From Candidatus Latescibacterota bacterium (lineage in GTDB: Bacteria; Latescibacterota; UBA2968): a DNA stretch of 64,000 bases. This document shows, piece after piece, positions 27,701 to 35,440 of this stretch; the first letter of the stretch is position 1; each line of letters opens with the position of its first letter. Position numbers and translations under genes: made by a program. The stretch is taken from contig OZ241986.1 in assembly GCA_965204375.1 (NCBI GenBank), forward strand, positions 3,584,001 through 3,648,000, in the 5' to 3' direction. Below the pieces are notes generated by a model, which saw nothing but the letters and a program-made list of their open reading frames with translations, was not told where the DNA came from and did no database searches.

Positions 27701-29506
27701 AATCAAGTCGTCCAGTACATCCAATAGCTCCAACTCATCACCGCGCCAAACCTCAGCCAATAATTCGAAAGAAAAATCACTCAAAAAAACACAGGCGTAT
27801 TCCAGCACCCGGCGCTGCACATCAGGCAGAGTAGCTATGCGCCTGTGTAAAACCTCTGAAAAATCATCGGACAACAAAGATTCGGGAAATTCTCCCCACT
27901 GCCAATCGCCAGACACATTCTGCCGAACCACATTGGCCTGCACCAGTGTTCTCACAGCCTCCACGACAAACAGGGGTTGTCCACCCGTTTCCCTGAACAG
28001 GGATTGCAAGGCATCCACCGGTATGGATCGCTCCCCCAACATCGACGCCGCTAAATATCCCGACGCTTCTTGTGATAGATTCTTCAACTGAATATGAGTC
28101 GCACCAGCAAATTCATTGCTATGTATAAATTTTTCAATTTCCTCTGAAATCGGTTCCAAATTAGACCATCGGCAAGTCAGGCATAACAAAAACGGACACG
28201 GTTCTGGATCGCGCAACACATACTTCAAAAATTCCAATGACAATTCATCAAGCCATTGAATATCTTCCAGGCAAAACACAATGGGCTTTTGCTTTCGCAT
28301 ACGCTTTAACAACTGCAACCAGCGTTCCATAACAGAAAACTTATCCGTCTCTACCGGATCGGGCATCCGCCCCATCAAATTCGTCATCCCTTGAAAAGCA
28401 TCAACCAATGCACCGTATATTTGTCCACCCTCTTCCCACCCTGCACTTTTCAAACACAGAAAATTATAGACCCGAGCATCGCCCAATAGTTCTTCAACCA
28501 ATCTCGATTTACCCACCCCTGACTCACCAGAGATCAAAACCACGCGCTGCTCACCAACCAGTACATCCTTTAACATCGCACGCAACGTCTTCATCTCGGA
28601 TTCGCGCCCGACAAATTGCGGCCGCATCACTTTCACAGGCACATCGCGCTGCTCATCATCCGGTGACATAAACCCCGATTGTAAGGCACGCACCAGTTCC
28701 TCTGCCGACTGATAGCGATCAACAGACTCCTTTGCCAGCAACTTTAACACAACTTGTTGCGTCTGTTCGGGAACAGCGATATTGACCTGGCCTATTGGTG
28801 GCGGTGACTCTCGAATATGCTTCAGAATAACAGATATTGGATTTTGTCCAGAAAATGGCGGTGCGCCCGTAAGCATCTCGTATAAAATCACACCCAATGA
28901 ATACAAATCTGACCGATGATCCACCCACAACCCCTTACCCTGCTCTGGCGACATATATTCTGCCGTACCAATCGTCGCGCCCGTCTGCGTAATGGAAACG
29001 CTATGCAGATGCCTGAGTTTGGCCAGCCCCAGATCCAGAATCGTGGTCTCAATCCCCTCTTCTGTTTCCAATACCATAATATTGGACGGTTTGAGATCGC
29101 GATGCACTGCACCCTGCGCGTGGATGTACGCCAATCCCTCGGCAATTTGTTGCACAAAAGTAAAAAAGTACGAAGCCCGAAATCGTCCCAACAGTGCAGG
29201 ATCGGCAATTATTTTTTCCAATGTCTTCCCGGGCAAATATTCCATTGTAAAATAAGGACGCCCCTCGGCAAAGCCCCAAGCATACGTGCGTACCAAGCGC
29301 GGGTGCTGAAGTCTGCTCAACACCTGAAACTCTCTGTGAAAACGGCGATGCACAGCCTGCTCATCCATCATTTCATTCAAAATTTTGAGCACGCAAACCC
29401 GGTCTTGCTCCAGGTCCAAAACCCGATAGACCTCGCCCATGCCCCCGGATCCCAGGTGCGCCTGGATCTGGTATCTTTTGTCGAGAATGGTGCCGATTTC
29501 AAACAT
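24704..29506 (-). CDS. Multidomain Ser/Thr kinase - STAND AAA ATPase - TPR - GAF - sigma54 activator - Fis HTH
   Basis: GSGGMGEV, HRDLKPSN, DLG; Walker A GESGVGKS; TPR-like helices; GAF SVLCVPL; GETGTGKE, ELFGHKKGAFTGA, FREDLYYRL, GNVRELEN; HTH GNITQAARELG. Confidence 0.92.
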   Translation of the reverse strand: MFEIGTILDKRYQIQAHLGSGGMGEVYRVLDLEQDRVCVLKILNEMMDEQAVHRRFHREFQVLSRLQHPRLVRTYAWGFAEGRPYFTMEYLPGKTLEKIIADPALLGRFRASYFFTFVQQIAEGLAYIHAQGAVHRDLKPSNIMVLETEEGIETTILDLGLAKLRHLHSVSITQTGATIGTAEYMSPEQGKGLWVDHRSDLYSLGVILYEMLTGAPPFSGQNPISVILKHIRESPPPIGQVNIAVPEQTQQVVLKLLAKESVDRYQSAEELVRALQSGFMSPDDEQRDVPVKVMRPQFVGRESEMKTLRAMLKDVLVGEQRVVLISGESGVGKSRLVEELLGDARVYNFLCLKSAGWEEGGQIYGALVDAFQGMTNLMGRMPDPVETDKFSVMERWLQLLKRMRKQKPIVFCLEDIQWLDELSLEFLKYVLRDPEPCPFLLCLTCRWSNLEPISEEIEKFIHSNEFAGATHIQLKNLSQEASGYLAASMLGERSIPVDALQSLFRETGGQPLFVVEAVRTLVQANVVRQNVSGDWQWGEFPESLLSDDFSEVLHRRIATLPDVQRRVLEYACVFLSDFSFELLAEVWRGDELELLDVLDDLIAEGLLDACVEDEDRYRFSQELCRRAIYDRLQNARRRLLHREIGNVLDESEDAEELAEELADHFAAAEERDKAMKYMCLAGKKALETQAYRQALRRFEAVRGWSADDAFESQADTIDFLCDYADVLRNCGQYNKALELLNEAKGLLPSDRNDLKAHILNRKGVIHSVLQHREIAEEYMLEALRLYRELGDLEGEVQALSSLAHLCDVSGRHEEAIAYMRREIEKYATLGRAQNKAIIQGREGLIALVGFRFGTAKAHLKATVRTSLQLGLEHHRIWALNSLQRVYFYLGDFNRAESVCYEVIGEWQKRGLLYWEAMNFLYLGELALERGDFAEALEYAEISSERFLETPRKDYVYRAYAIAATAAARMGDTDVALEWTERVSEGTQQTSGMYKGILPLVYCGIGVAFAQAGRIAEAEEAFEQAIECRRESKGDHWARALLMAGEFYLERDDVPKAQAHLEAAKQAFEEMEMSYFLEKTQVLLDQLDESSRNEDVAPSSEISVDTLSVDRLRLLYDVSRELTTERDVKVLLDRTLGNLLTIYPAERVVVAIKNETPKGFVVDAVRYHNLEVDDAEELSGGIIRRVIETNEPVLSFDAQTDGRLNQYQSVMDYNIRSVLCVPLFHVKEGVIGALYVDHRGIDNVFSEEDQTFLQAFANLVGMALVNARMYEQLEEKAQYWQQEVKRRYRLDDLVGQSDAMQAIYRLIETAAKSDIPVLVQGETGTGKELAARAIHYNSTRKDQRFLSQNCAALSPELLQSELFGHKKGAFTGASEDHKGIFEVADGGTVLLDEIADASPELQKSLLRVLQEGEIRRVGETEDRKVDVRIIAATNRDLKKEVEKGSFREDLYYRLHGIQIDMPPLREHLEDVPLLAEHLLIRAKEEANKSVGELTLGAIKVLTSHRWSGNVRELENKIRLAVALAKEDGDITPDLFSESIGHTVSDASVEFQGYLQDRVQEYEKQLIRDTLEKYEGNITQAARELGMTRVGLHKKINRLGLI

Positions 29507-29527
29507 AAATGCAACCACCGTCAGAAT

Positions 29528-29559
29528 CAGGATGTGCAGGATTAAAGGATGAACAGGAT
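29528..29559. repeat. Short periodic AGGAT repeat (4 copies, 8-9 bp period), REP-like
   Basis: aggat at 29529, 29538, 29546 and 29555. Confidence 0.4.
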
Positions 29560-29664
29560 AAAAATCAAAAGCAAAACACTGGATCGCGGCTAAAGCATGC
29601 CGCGATGACGGGTACAACTTGCCAAAATATAATTAATAATTCTTATACTAAGAAAAAATTAAAT

Positions 29665-30690
29665 TTAACAATTATTATACTTTCTATTATGCGTACGATT
29701 CAGGATTTTTTCAACCTTTTTTTTCACCCGCGGTGCTGTTTGTTCCGTCGTTTTTTTCAGACTTATCAAAAAACGGTGGGCAGAGTTATCAAACGACAAG
29801 CGATGCTGCTCAACGTGTACTTCCAAAATATCCAGATCGCGCAACACCTCGTCCTGTAGCATAGGCAGGGGCATCATCCACAAACGCCGCAACAGCGCCT
29901 TCATAATCAAAATCGGGTCATCTGGATCTTGAGCCAAACGACTATAAAAAGCCTTCAGGGGCAACTCCCAATACAACTTCTGCACAATAAGCCCCAGGTA
30001 TTCCCGGTTCTTTTCTCTAATATCGCCTGCAGAAAAGCGATCGGACGCCGAACCTCGATCACCCTCATGCATGCGACATCGAAGCGTAGGTTGTTTAATA
30101 ATCCCAATTTTAAACCCAGCGCGTATAATGCGAATCCACATATCGTAATCTTGCCCGCGAATCAAACGCTCGTCAAAACAGCCGACCCTGTCATAACACA
30201 TCCGATGGGCAACCACGGTCGGACTACACAACTCAAATCGCCCGAACAAATACATCACCATATCGCCTATAGGCGGCATCCGCGCTTCAAAAGACCGCAC
30301 GGGTAAATCGCTTCTCTCCCCCTCTATGAATTCATAGCCCGTATAGACAAATCTCAAATCCGGGTCTTCCGCAAACTGCGCCGCGTGCAACTCGAGCTTA
30401 TTCGGCAACCCAATATCATCATCGTCCAAAATCCAAACATACTCACCCGTCACATATTTCAGCCCCAGATTCACAGCAGATGCCTTCCCGCCATTTGCCT
30501 TTTCAACATAGCAAATCCGATCCCCAAACCGCCTGATCACCTCTGCCGTATCATCCGTAGAACCATCATTCACCACAATGAGTTCAAAACCCTGATACGT
30601 CTGCCGCAAAACGCTCTCAACAGCCTCCGCAACATAGTTCGCGCGATTATATGTTGGAATAATCACTGAAAATTTTGGATTTGGCGTCAA
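29665..30690 (-). CDS. Glycosyltransferase family 2
   Basis: SVIIPTYN, VVNDGSTD, ILDDDD, QDYDMW; TTG at 30690 after GGAGG. Confidence 0.9.
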   Translation of the reverse strand: MTPNPKFSVIIPTYNRANYVAEAVESVLRQTYQGFELIVVNDGSTDDTAEVIRRFGDRICYVEKANGGKASAVNLGLKYVTGEYVWILDDDDIGLPNKLELHAAQFAEDPDLRFVYTGYEFIEGERSDLPVRSFEARMPPIGDMVMYLFGRFELCSPTVVAHRMCYDRVGCFDERLIRGQDYDMWIRIIRAGFKIGIIKQPTLRCRMHEGDRGSASDRFSAGDIREKNREYLGLIVQKLYWELPLKAFYSRLAQDPDDPILIMKALLRRLWMMPLPMLQDEVLRDLDILEVHVEQHRLSFDNSAHRFLISLKKTTEQTAPRVKKKVEKILNRTHNRKYNNC

Positions 30691-30711
30691 AATTTTGCCT
30701 CCTGGGAAAAC

Positions 30712-30750
30712 AGAACAAAAAACCACGCCCAAGGAACGTGGTTTTTGTTT
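30712..30750. terminator. Terminator hairpin, second copy of the 1087-1129 element
   Basis: aaaaaaccacg-cccaaggaa-cgtggttttt; downstream of E1 beta. Confidence 0.8.
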
Positions 30751-30784
30751 GGTCTAAATATGATCTTTAGAGTTACACCGCTTC

Positions 30785-31744
30785 CTACCCGACATCCATC
30801 ACTTCTCTAACACCCGCAACAATATTATCTCGATCTGGAAAAACGTGATCTTCCAACTGGGGCGTGTACGGGATGGGCACATGGAGGGCGCAGACGCGTT
30901 TGACGGGCGCTTTCATCTTTGCAAACGTCTCTGCATCTTCGGTCGCCACAGCGGCAATCTCGGCAGAGGCACCCGCTGTGGGACCCGCCTCATCCGCAAT
31001 AACCAGCCGCCCGGTCTTTTGCACAGACGCGCGAATAGCATCGCAATCGAGCGGAACCAGCGTACGCGGATCCAGCACCTCAACGGAAACCCCCTCCTTA
31101 TCCAGCACCTCCGCAGCCGCCAGCGCTTCGTGTACCAGCCATGCCAGCGCGACAATCGTGACATCTGTACCCTCGCGTTTAATATCTGCTTTGCCCAGAG
31201 GCACGGTATAAGGCTCTTCGGGAACCTCGCCTGCAACACCCATGAGGCGATTGGACTCAAAAGAAATGACGGGATTATCATCCCGAATAACAGTTTTGAG
31301 AAGCCCTTTCATATCATAAGGCGTTGAAGGCAATATCATCTTCAACCCAGCCAGATTCATAAACATCGAATACGGACTCTGCGAATGTTGCGCCGCAACC
31401 CTTCTGCCGCCACCAACAGACGTGCGGAAAGTAATCGGGAATTTCACCTGCCCCCCGAACATATAGTGAATCTTGGCTGCCTGATTCACAATCTGATCCA
31501 TCGCCACAAAAGAAAACGTAACCATACTCCAGTTGATAATCGGACGAAAGCCAGACCCAGCAGCACCAACAGCAATACCCGTAAGCGCACCCTCGGCAAT
31601 AGGCGTGGCGCGTACGCGCTCTGACCCAAACTCCTTGACGAGCGCATCGGGCGCATCGGTTGACAGATGAAACGTCGTTGGATCGCGCCTCATTTCTTCT
31701 ACAAGGGCTTCCATCCCGGCCTGTGCATAAGAGATTTTTCTCAT
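30785..31744 (-). CDS. 2-oxoacid/acetoin dehydrogenase E1 beta subunit
   Basis: TPIAEG, DQIVNQAAK, AAQHSQ, DPRTLVPLD, KTGRLVIADE. Confidence 0.92.
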   Translation of the reverse strand: MRKISYAQAGMEALVEEMRRDPTTFHLSTDAPDALVKEFGSERVRATPIAEGALTGIAVGAAGSGFRPIINWSMVTFSFVAMDQIVNQAAKIHYMFGGQVKFPITFRTSVGGGRRVAAQHSQSPYSMFMNLAGLKMILPSTPYDMKGLLKTVIRDDNPVISFESNRLMGVAGEVPEEPYTVPLGKADIKREGTDVTIVALAWLVHEALAAAEVLDKEGVSVEVLDPRTLVPLDCDAIRASVQKTGRLVIADEAGPTAGASAEIAAVATEDAETFAKMKAPVKRVCALHVPIPYTPQLEDHVFPDRDNIVAGVREVMDVG

Positions 31745-31759
31745 CGTATTATCCTCGAC

Positions 31760-32725
31760 TCACTCGGCAAAAACATCTTCGACGGCTGCTTCTAAATCTG
31801 GAAATGGACTCTCTTTGGAAAATTGAACCGCCTCTTCAATCTCCGCGAGAATTTCTTCATCCATCTCTTGCCACGCCTCCTGGGTAATACAGCCCTGATC
31901 CATCAGACCTGCGACAAACCGCTCAATCGGATCTCTCTCCTGCCATGCGCGGATCTCGCCCTGCGGCCTTGGATCAGCCCCGCCAACCCTCTCCGTATGC
32001 CCTCGCCAGCGATAAGTCTTGCACTCAATCAGCGAAGGACCCTCGCCATTGCGCGCGCGCGCAACAGCCTCCTGAGCCGCGTCATAAACCGCCATCACAT
32101 CATTCCCATCCACAACCACGCCCGGGATATCGTACCCCGCGGCACGCGCAGCAACATCGCTATGCGCCAGTGTACTCGCCGCCGGAGTGCTCGCCGCGTA
32201 GAGATTGTTCTCGCAAACATAAATCATGGGCAACTTCCACGCCGCAGCGATATTGATCGACTCGTGAAACGGACCTGCATTTGACGCCCCATCGCCAAAA
32301 AACGAAACCGCAACGCGACCCTTGCCCTCGAGCTGCGCGGCCAGACCAGCACCCGTAACAATGGGTATGCCACCCGCCACAATGCCATTTGCACCGAGCA
32401 TCCCAATACTAAAATCGGCAATATGCATCGATCCCCCCTTGCCCTTGCAATACCCCGTCTCCCGCCCGTAAAGCTCAGCCATCATACGCTTCAAATCCGC
32501 ACCCTTGGCAATACAATGCCCGTGCCCCCGATGCGTACTGATAATCTGATCATCCGGATTGAGCGCGGCACAGACACCAGTGGCAACGGCCTCCTCGCCG
32601 ATATAGCAATGGACTACGCCGTAAATATCCCCTGCGCGATAATCATCAGACGCGCGCTCTTCAAAGCGCCGGATCGTTTGCATAATCCGCAGCATCTCGA
32701 GTTGTTTTTCCTGTGTAAGAGCCAT
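31760..32725 (-). CDS. 2-oxoacid/acetoin dehydrogenase E1 alpha subunit
   Basis: HCYIGEEA, STHRGHGH, GKGGSMH, GDGASN...ENN, TYRWRGH; start MALTQEK at 32725. Confidence 0.92.
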   Translation of the reverse strand: MALTQEKQLEMLRIMQTIRRFEERASDDYRAGDIYGVVHCYIGEEAVATGVCAALNPDDQIISTHRGHGHCIAKGADLKRMMAELYGRETGYCKGKGGSMHIADFSIGMLGANGIVAGGIPIVTGAGLAAQLEGKGRVAVSFFGDGASNAGPFHESINIAAAWKLPMIYVCENNLYAASTPAASTLAHSDVAARAAGYDIPGVVVDGNDVMAVYDAAQEAVARARNGEGPSLIECKTYRWRGHTERVGGADPRPQGEIRAWQERDPIERFVAGLMDQGCITQEAWQEMDEEILAEIEEAVQFSKESPFPDLEAAVEDVFAE

Positions 32726-32738
32726 ACGATATTCTCCA

Positions 32739-34469
32739 CTATGCGGGCCTATCGCCCTTTTTAACCGGCGCTGTTCTACTATCAACGCCCGGCAACATTT
32801 TTGATGGATCTCTCGTAACAATAACATCGATAATCGTAGGAATATTGCGATTGGCAATACCCTCGGCAAAAGCGCCTTGCAACGCCCCGGGATCATCCAC
32901 GCGAATACCCTGACAGCCGAGCGCGCGGGCCGTATCGGCATAATCGGTCTCGCTCAGATCACTCGACTGATAGCGCCCCTCATACATATTGTGCTGAAGC
33001 GCTTTGACATAACCCGAAGCCGCATTATTTACAATCGCCAGCGTAAACCCAAGCTCAAGGCGCCGGGCTGTCTCCAGTTCCCCCAGCACCATATTAAACC
33101 CCGCATCTCCCGTCAGACCAACAACGGGAGAATCCCCCGCCGCGAGTTGCGCGCCCATCGTACCCGGCAACCCATAACCTATAGAAGCAAATCCGCGATT
33201 GGCAATATACGTGCGCCCAGACCGGGTTGAATCGTAAAGCAAACCCGTCCAATGCGCGGCAAACCCACCATCCACAACCAGAATCCCGTCTTCGGGCATC
33301 ACATTTTGCAACTCGCGCACCACCCGCGCCATATTGACGGGCCTCTCATCAGAAGCATAACGCGGCTCTGCCTCGGCTCGCCAGGCAGCCATCCGTTCTG
33401 AGATCTCGGTCAAATAAGCCGCGCGCATCTGCTGTATCGTCCCCCGATCAGAGAATAAACTATCCCGAAGATCGCGCAAGCCCTCAGCAGCATCGCCCCA
33501 GAGTGAAACGGTAGCAGGCGTCGTGCGCCCGATCTCTTCAGCCACAATATCGAGATGGATAAAAGGCACATCGCGCGGAATCAAATCATAGCGTTTCGTG
33601 GCAATCTCGCCCATCTTGCATCCAACCGACAGAATACAATCTGCAGACTCGATCAAATCATTGGCAATCCGCGACCAGCGTCCGAACAACCCCACGCTGA
33701 GCGGATGAATACAGGGAATCGCGCCCTTGCCACTCAGCGTTTGCGCCACCGGAATACTAAAATCCTCGGCAAAACGCTGAAGTTCGCAATACGCCCCAGA
33801 AAGATGAACACCGCCACCAGCGAGAATAATCGGCCGCCGGGCATCGCGCAAACACTCCGCCGCGCGCGCAACCGCGTCTCGCCCCGGGCGCGAACGCTGT
33901 GCGGGAATGCTCAGCGTTTCTGGATCTACAAAAAAATCTGATTTGGAATAGTCATACTCCCCGTGCGCAATATCCTCGGGCACATCCAGCACAACAGGTC
34001 CCGGTCGCCCGGATGTGGCAACAGCGTACGCGCGTCGCACAAGCTCGGGAATGCGATAGCCGCTCTCGATCCGAATAAGCGCTTTGGCCGCTGGCGCCAG
34101 AATCTCCGTCTGACGCGCCTCCTGCGTCATATTCTTCCACGAATGCTCGCGATTGCTATTGCCCACAACAACAATAAGCGGAACACCCGCATTCAGAGAC
34201 TCCACCAATCCCGTAACCAGATTCGTCGCCCCGGGACCGAGCGTCCCATCGCATATACCGGGACGACCCGTCACGCGCGCCCAGGCATCCGCGGCAAAAA
34301 TACCACAGCGCTCATCATTGATCAACGTATGTGAAAGCCCCAACTCGCGCACAGCATCGTAAAAGGGCAAAAGTTGAAAGCCCCCCATACCGAACATAGG
34401 CGCAGGATCGTGAAGGCGAAACATCTCAGCGAGCGCCTGCCCGCCATTCATGTGTACGACTGAAGACAT
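32739..34469 (-). CDS. Thiamine pyrophosphate-binding protein (acetolactate synthase-like)
   Basis: NDERCG, GPGATN, SGRPGPV, GDAGFNM...VNN. Confidence 0.9.
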   Translation of the reverse strand: MSSVVHMNGGQALAEMFRLHDPAPMFGMGGFQLLPFYDAVRELGLSHTLINDERCGIFAADAWARVTGRPGICDGTLGPGATNLVTGLVESLNAGVPLIVVVGNSNREHSWKNMTQEARQTEILAPAAKALIRIESGYRIPELVRRAYAVATSGRPGPVVLDVPEDIAHGEYDYSKSDFFVDPETLSIPAQRSRPGRDAVARAAECLRDARRPIILAGGGVHLSGAYCELQRFAEDFSIPVAQTLSGKGAIPCIHPLSVGLFGRWSRIANDLIESADCILSVGCKMGEIATKRYDLIPRDVPFIHLDIVAEEIGRTTPATVSLWGDAAEGLRDLRDSLFSDRGTIQQMRAAYLTEISERMAAWRAEAEPRYASDERPVNMARVVRELQNVMPEDGILVVDGGFAAHWTGLLYDSTRSGRTYIANRGFASIGYGLPGTMGAQLAAGDSPVVGLTGDAGFNMVLGELETARRLELGFTLAIVNNAASGYVKALQHNMYEGRYQSSDLSETDYADTARALGCQGIRVDDPGALQGAFAEGIANRNIPTIIDVIVTRDPSKMLPGVDSRTAPVKKGDRPA

Positions 34470-34483
34470 AGAAACTCCACGGA

Positions 34484-35275
34484 TTACAAACTAAGCCTCT
34501 CCCCAAACTCCGGCACCTTCATCCCCGCTATAACACCACATCTTTCCGCCTGTAAATTGACATACGACAGAACACCGCTCTCCCATGCGGAAACCGCATC
34601 GCCAATACAGGCGGTCATCGCATCCACTGTCCCTGCGGGAATACCGGCGCGATCCAGAATCTCAAGACGCCGAATACCTGCCCGATCAATACCGACCCCC
34701 GCATCGTTAAACACAGCACCCCTCGCCTCTGCAGCGATACCATAATCGGGCCTGCCCGCAATCGCCCCACCGTGCGATCCCGTAATAATAAATGCACCTG
34801 CATCCTCAGGCGTAACAAGTGAAGCAGAATCACATGCAAGAGTGAGAACAGGCACCTCTTGCAACACAGAGCGCGATTCCTCGTAGCCCGGAACATCCCC
34901 TTCAAATGGCTTGCCATTGCACAAAACTTCAGCCGTCTCTCGACAAGACTGACCCTCTTCACATCCGAGCGCACGCGCTATCTCATTACAAAAACTAATG
35001 CGCCCACGCTTGAGCATATCTGCCCCATCGCCAATGCGCGCAGACGTATGTGCAATCGCCGCAGCCGCGAGTCCGAGACTTTGCAAATAATCAAGCGACC
35101 CAACCCCCGCATTGTCCTTCCCAACACCCGCATCATTAAAAATAACGCCCCGAAGACCAGCCAACGCTGCGAGATACCCACAATACCGCCCCCCGTGAGA
35201 AGCGGCAATTAGCACCTTCCCTCGTAACTCCGAACCAGGTTTCGTAATACTATCGGCAACTTGAATCGCGTCCAT
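34484..35275 (-). CDS. Conserved hypothetical protein with internal domain duplication
   Basis: Two copies of SHGG...G-x-x-FNDAGVG-x-D-x-AG...IGD. Confidence 0.75.
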   Translation of the reverse strand: MDAIQVADSITKPGSELRGKVLIAASHGGRYCGYLAALAGLRGVIFNDAGVGKDNAGVGSLDYLQSLGLAAAAIAHTSARIGDGADMLKRGRISFCNEIARALGCEEGQSCRETAEVLCNGKPFEGDVPGYEESRSVLQEVPVLTLACDSASLVTPEDAGAFIITGSHGGAIAGRPDYGIAAEARGAVFNDAGVGIDRAGIRRLEILDRAGIPAGTVDAMTACIGDAVSAWESGVLSYVNLQAERCGVIAGMKVPEFGERLSL

Positions 35276-35318
35276 AATAGCCTCTAATTGTGCTATTGTA
35301 TATATTTTTTCGCTTTTT

Positions 35319-35362
35319 ATGCGTATTTTATACCTATTTCATACGTATTTTATACGTATTTT
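35319..35362. repeat. Four tandem 11-bp repeats (atRcStatttY) in AT-rich intergenic DNA
   Basis: atgcgtatttt / atacctatttc / atacgtatttt / atacgtatttt. Confidence 0.65.
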
Positions 35363-35440
35363 TTTATTTTCAAATATATATAAAACAAATACTTACAAAA
35401 TTTATTACGTCTAATTGCGTAATTTATTGCGTTTTTTGGC

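Noticed and set aside
29507-29617. N-terminal extension of the kinase/activator ORF
   Set aside because: Derived from the AGGAT repeat region; the kinase domain begins right after ATG 29506.
32726-32941. N-terminal extension of E1 alpha
   Set aside because: Overlaps the upstream TPP gene out of frame; a GGAG SD precedes ATG 32725.
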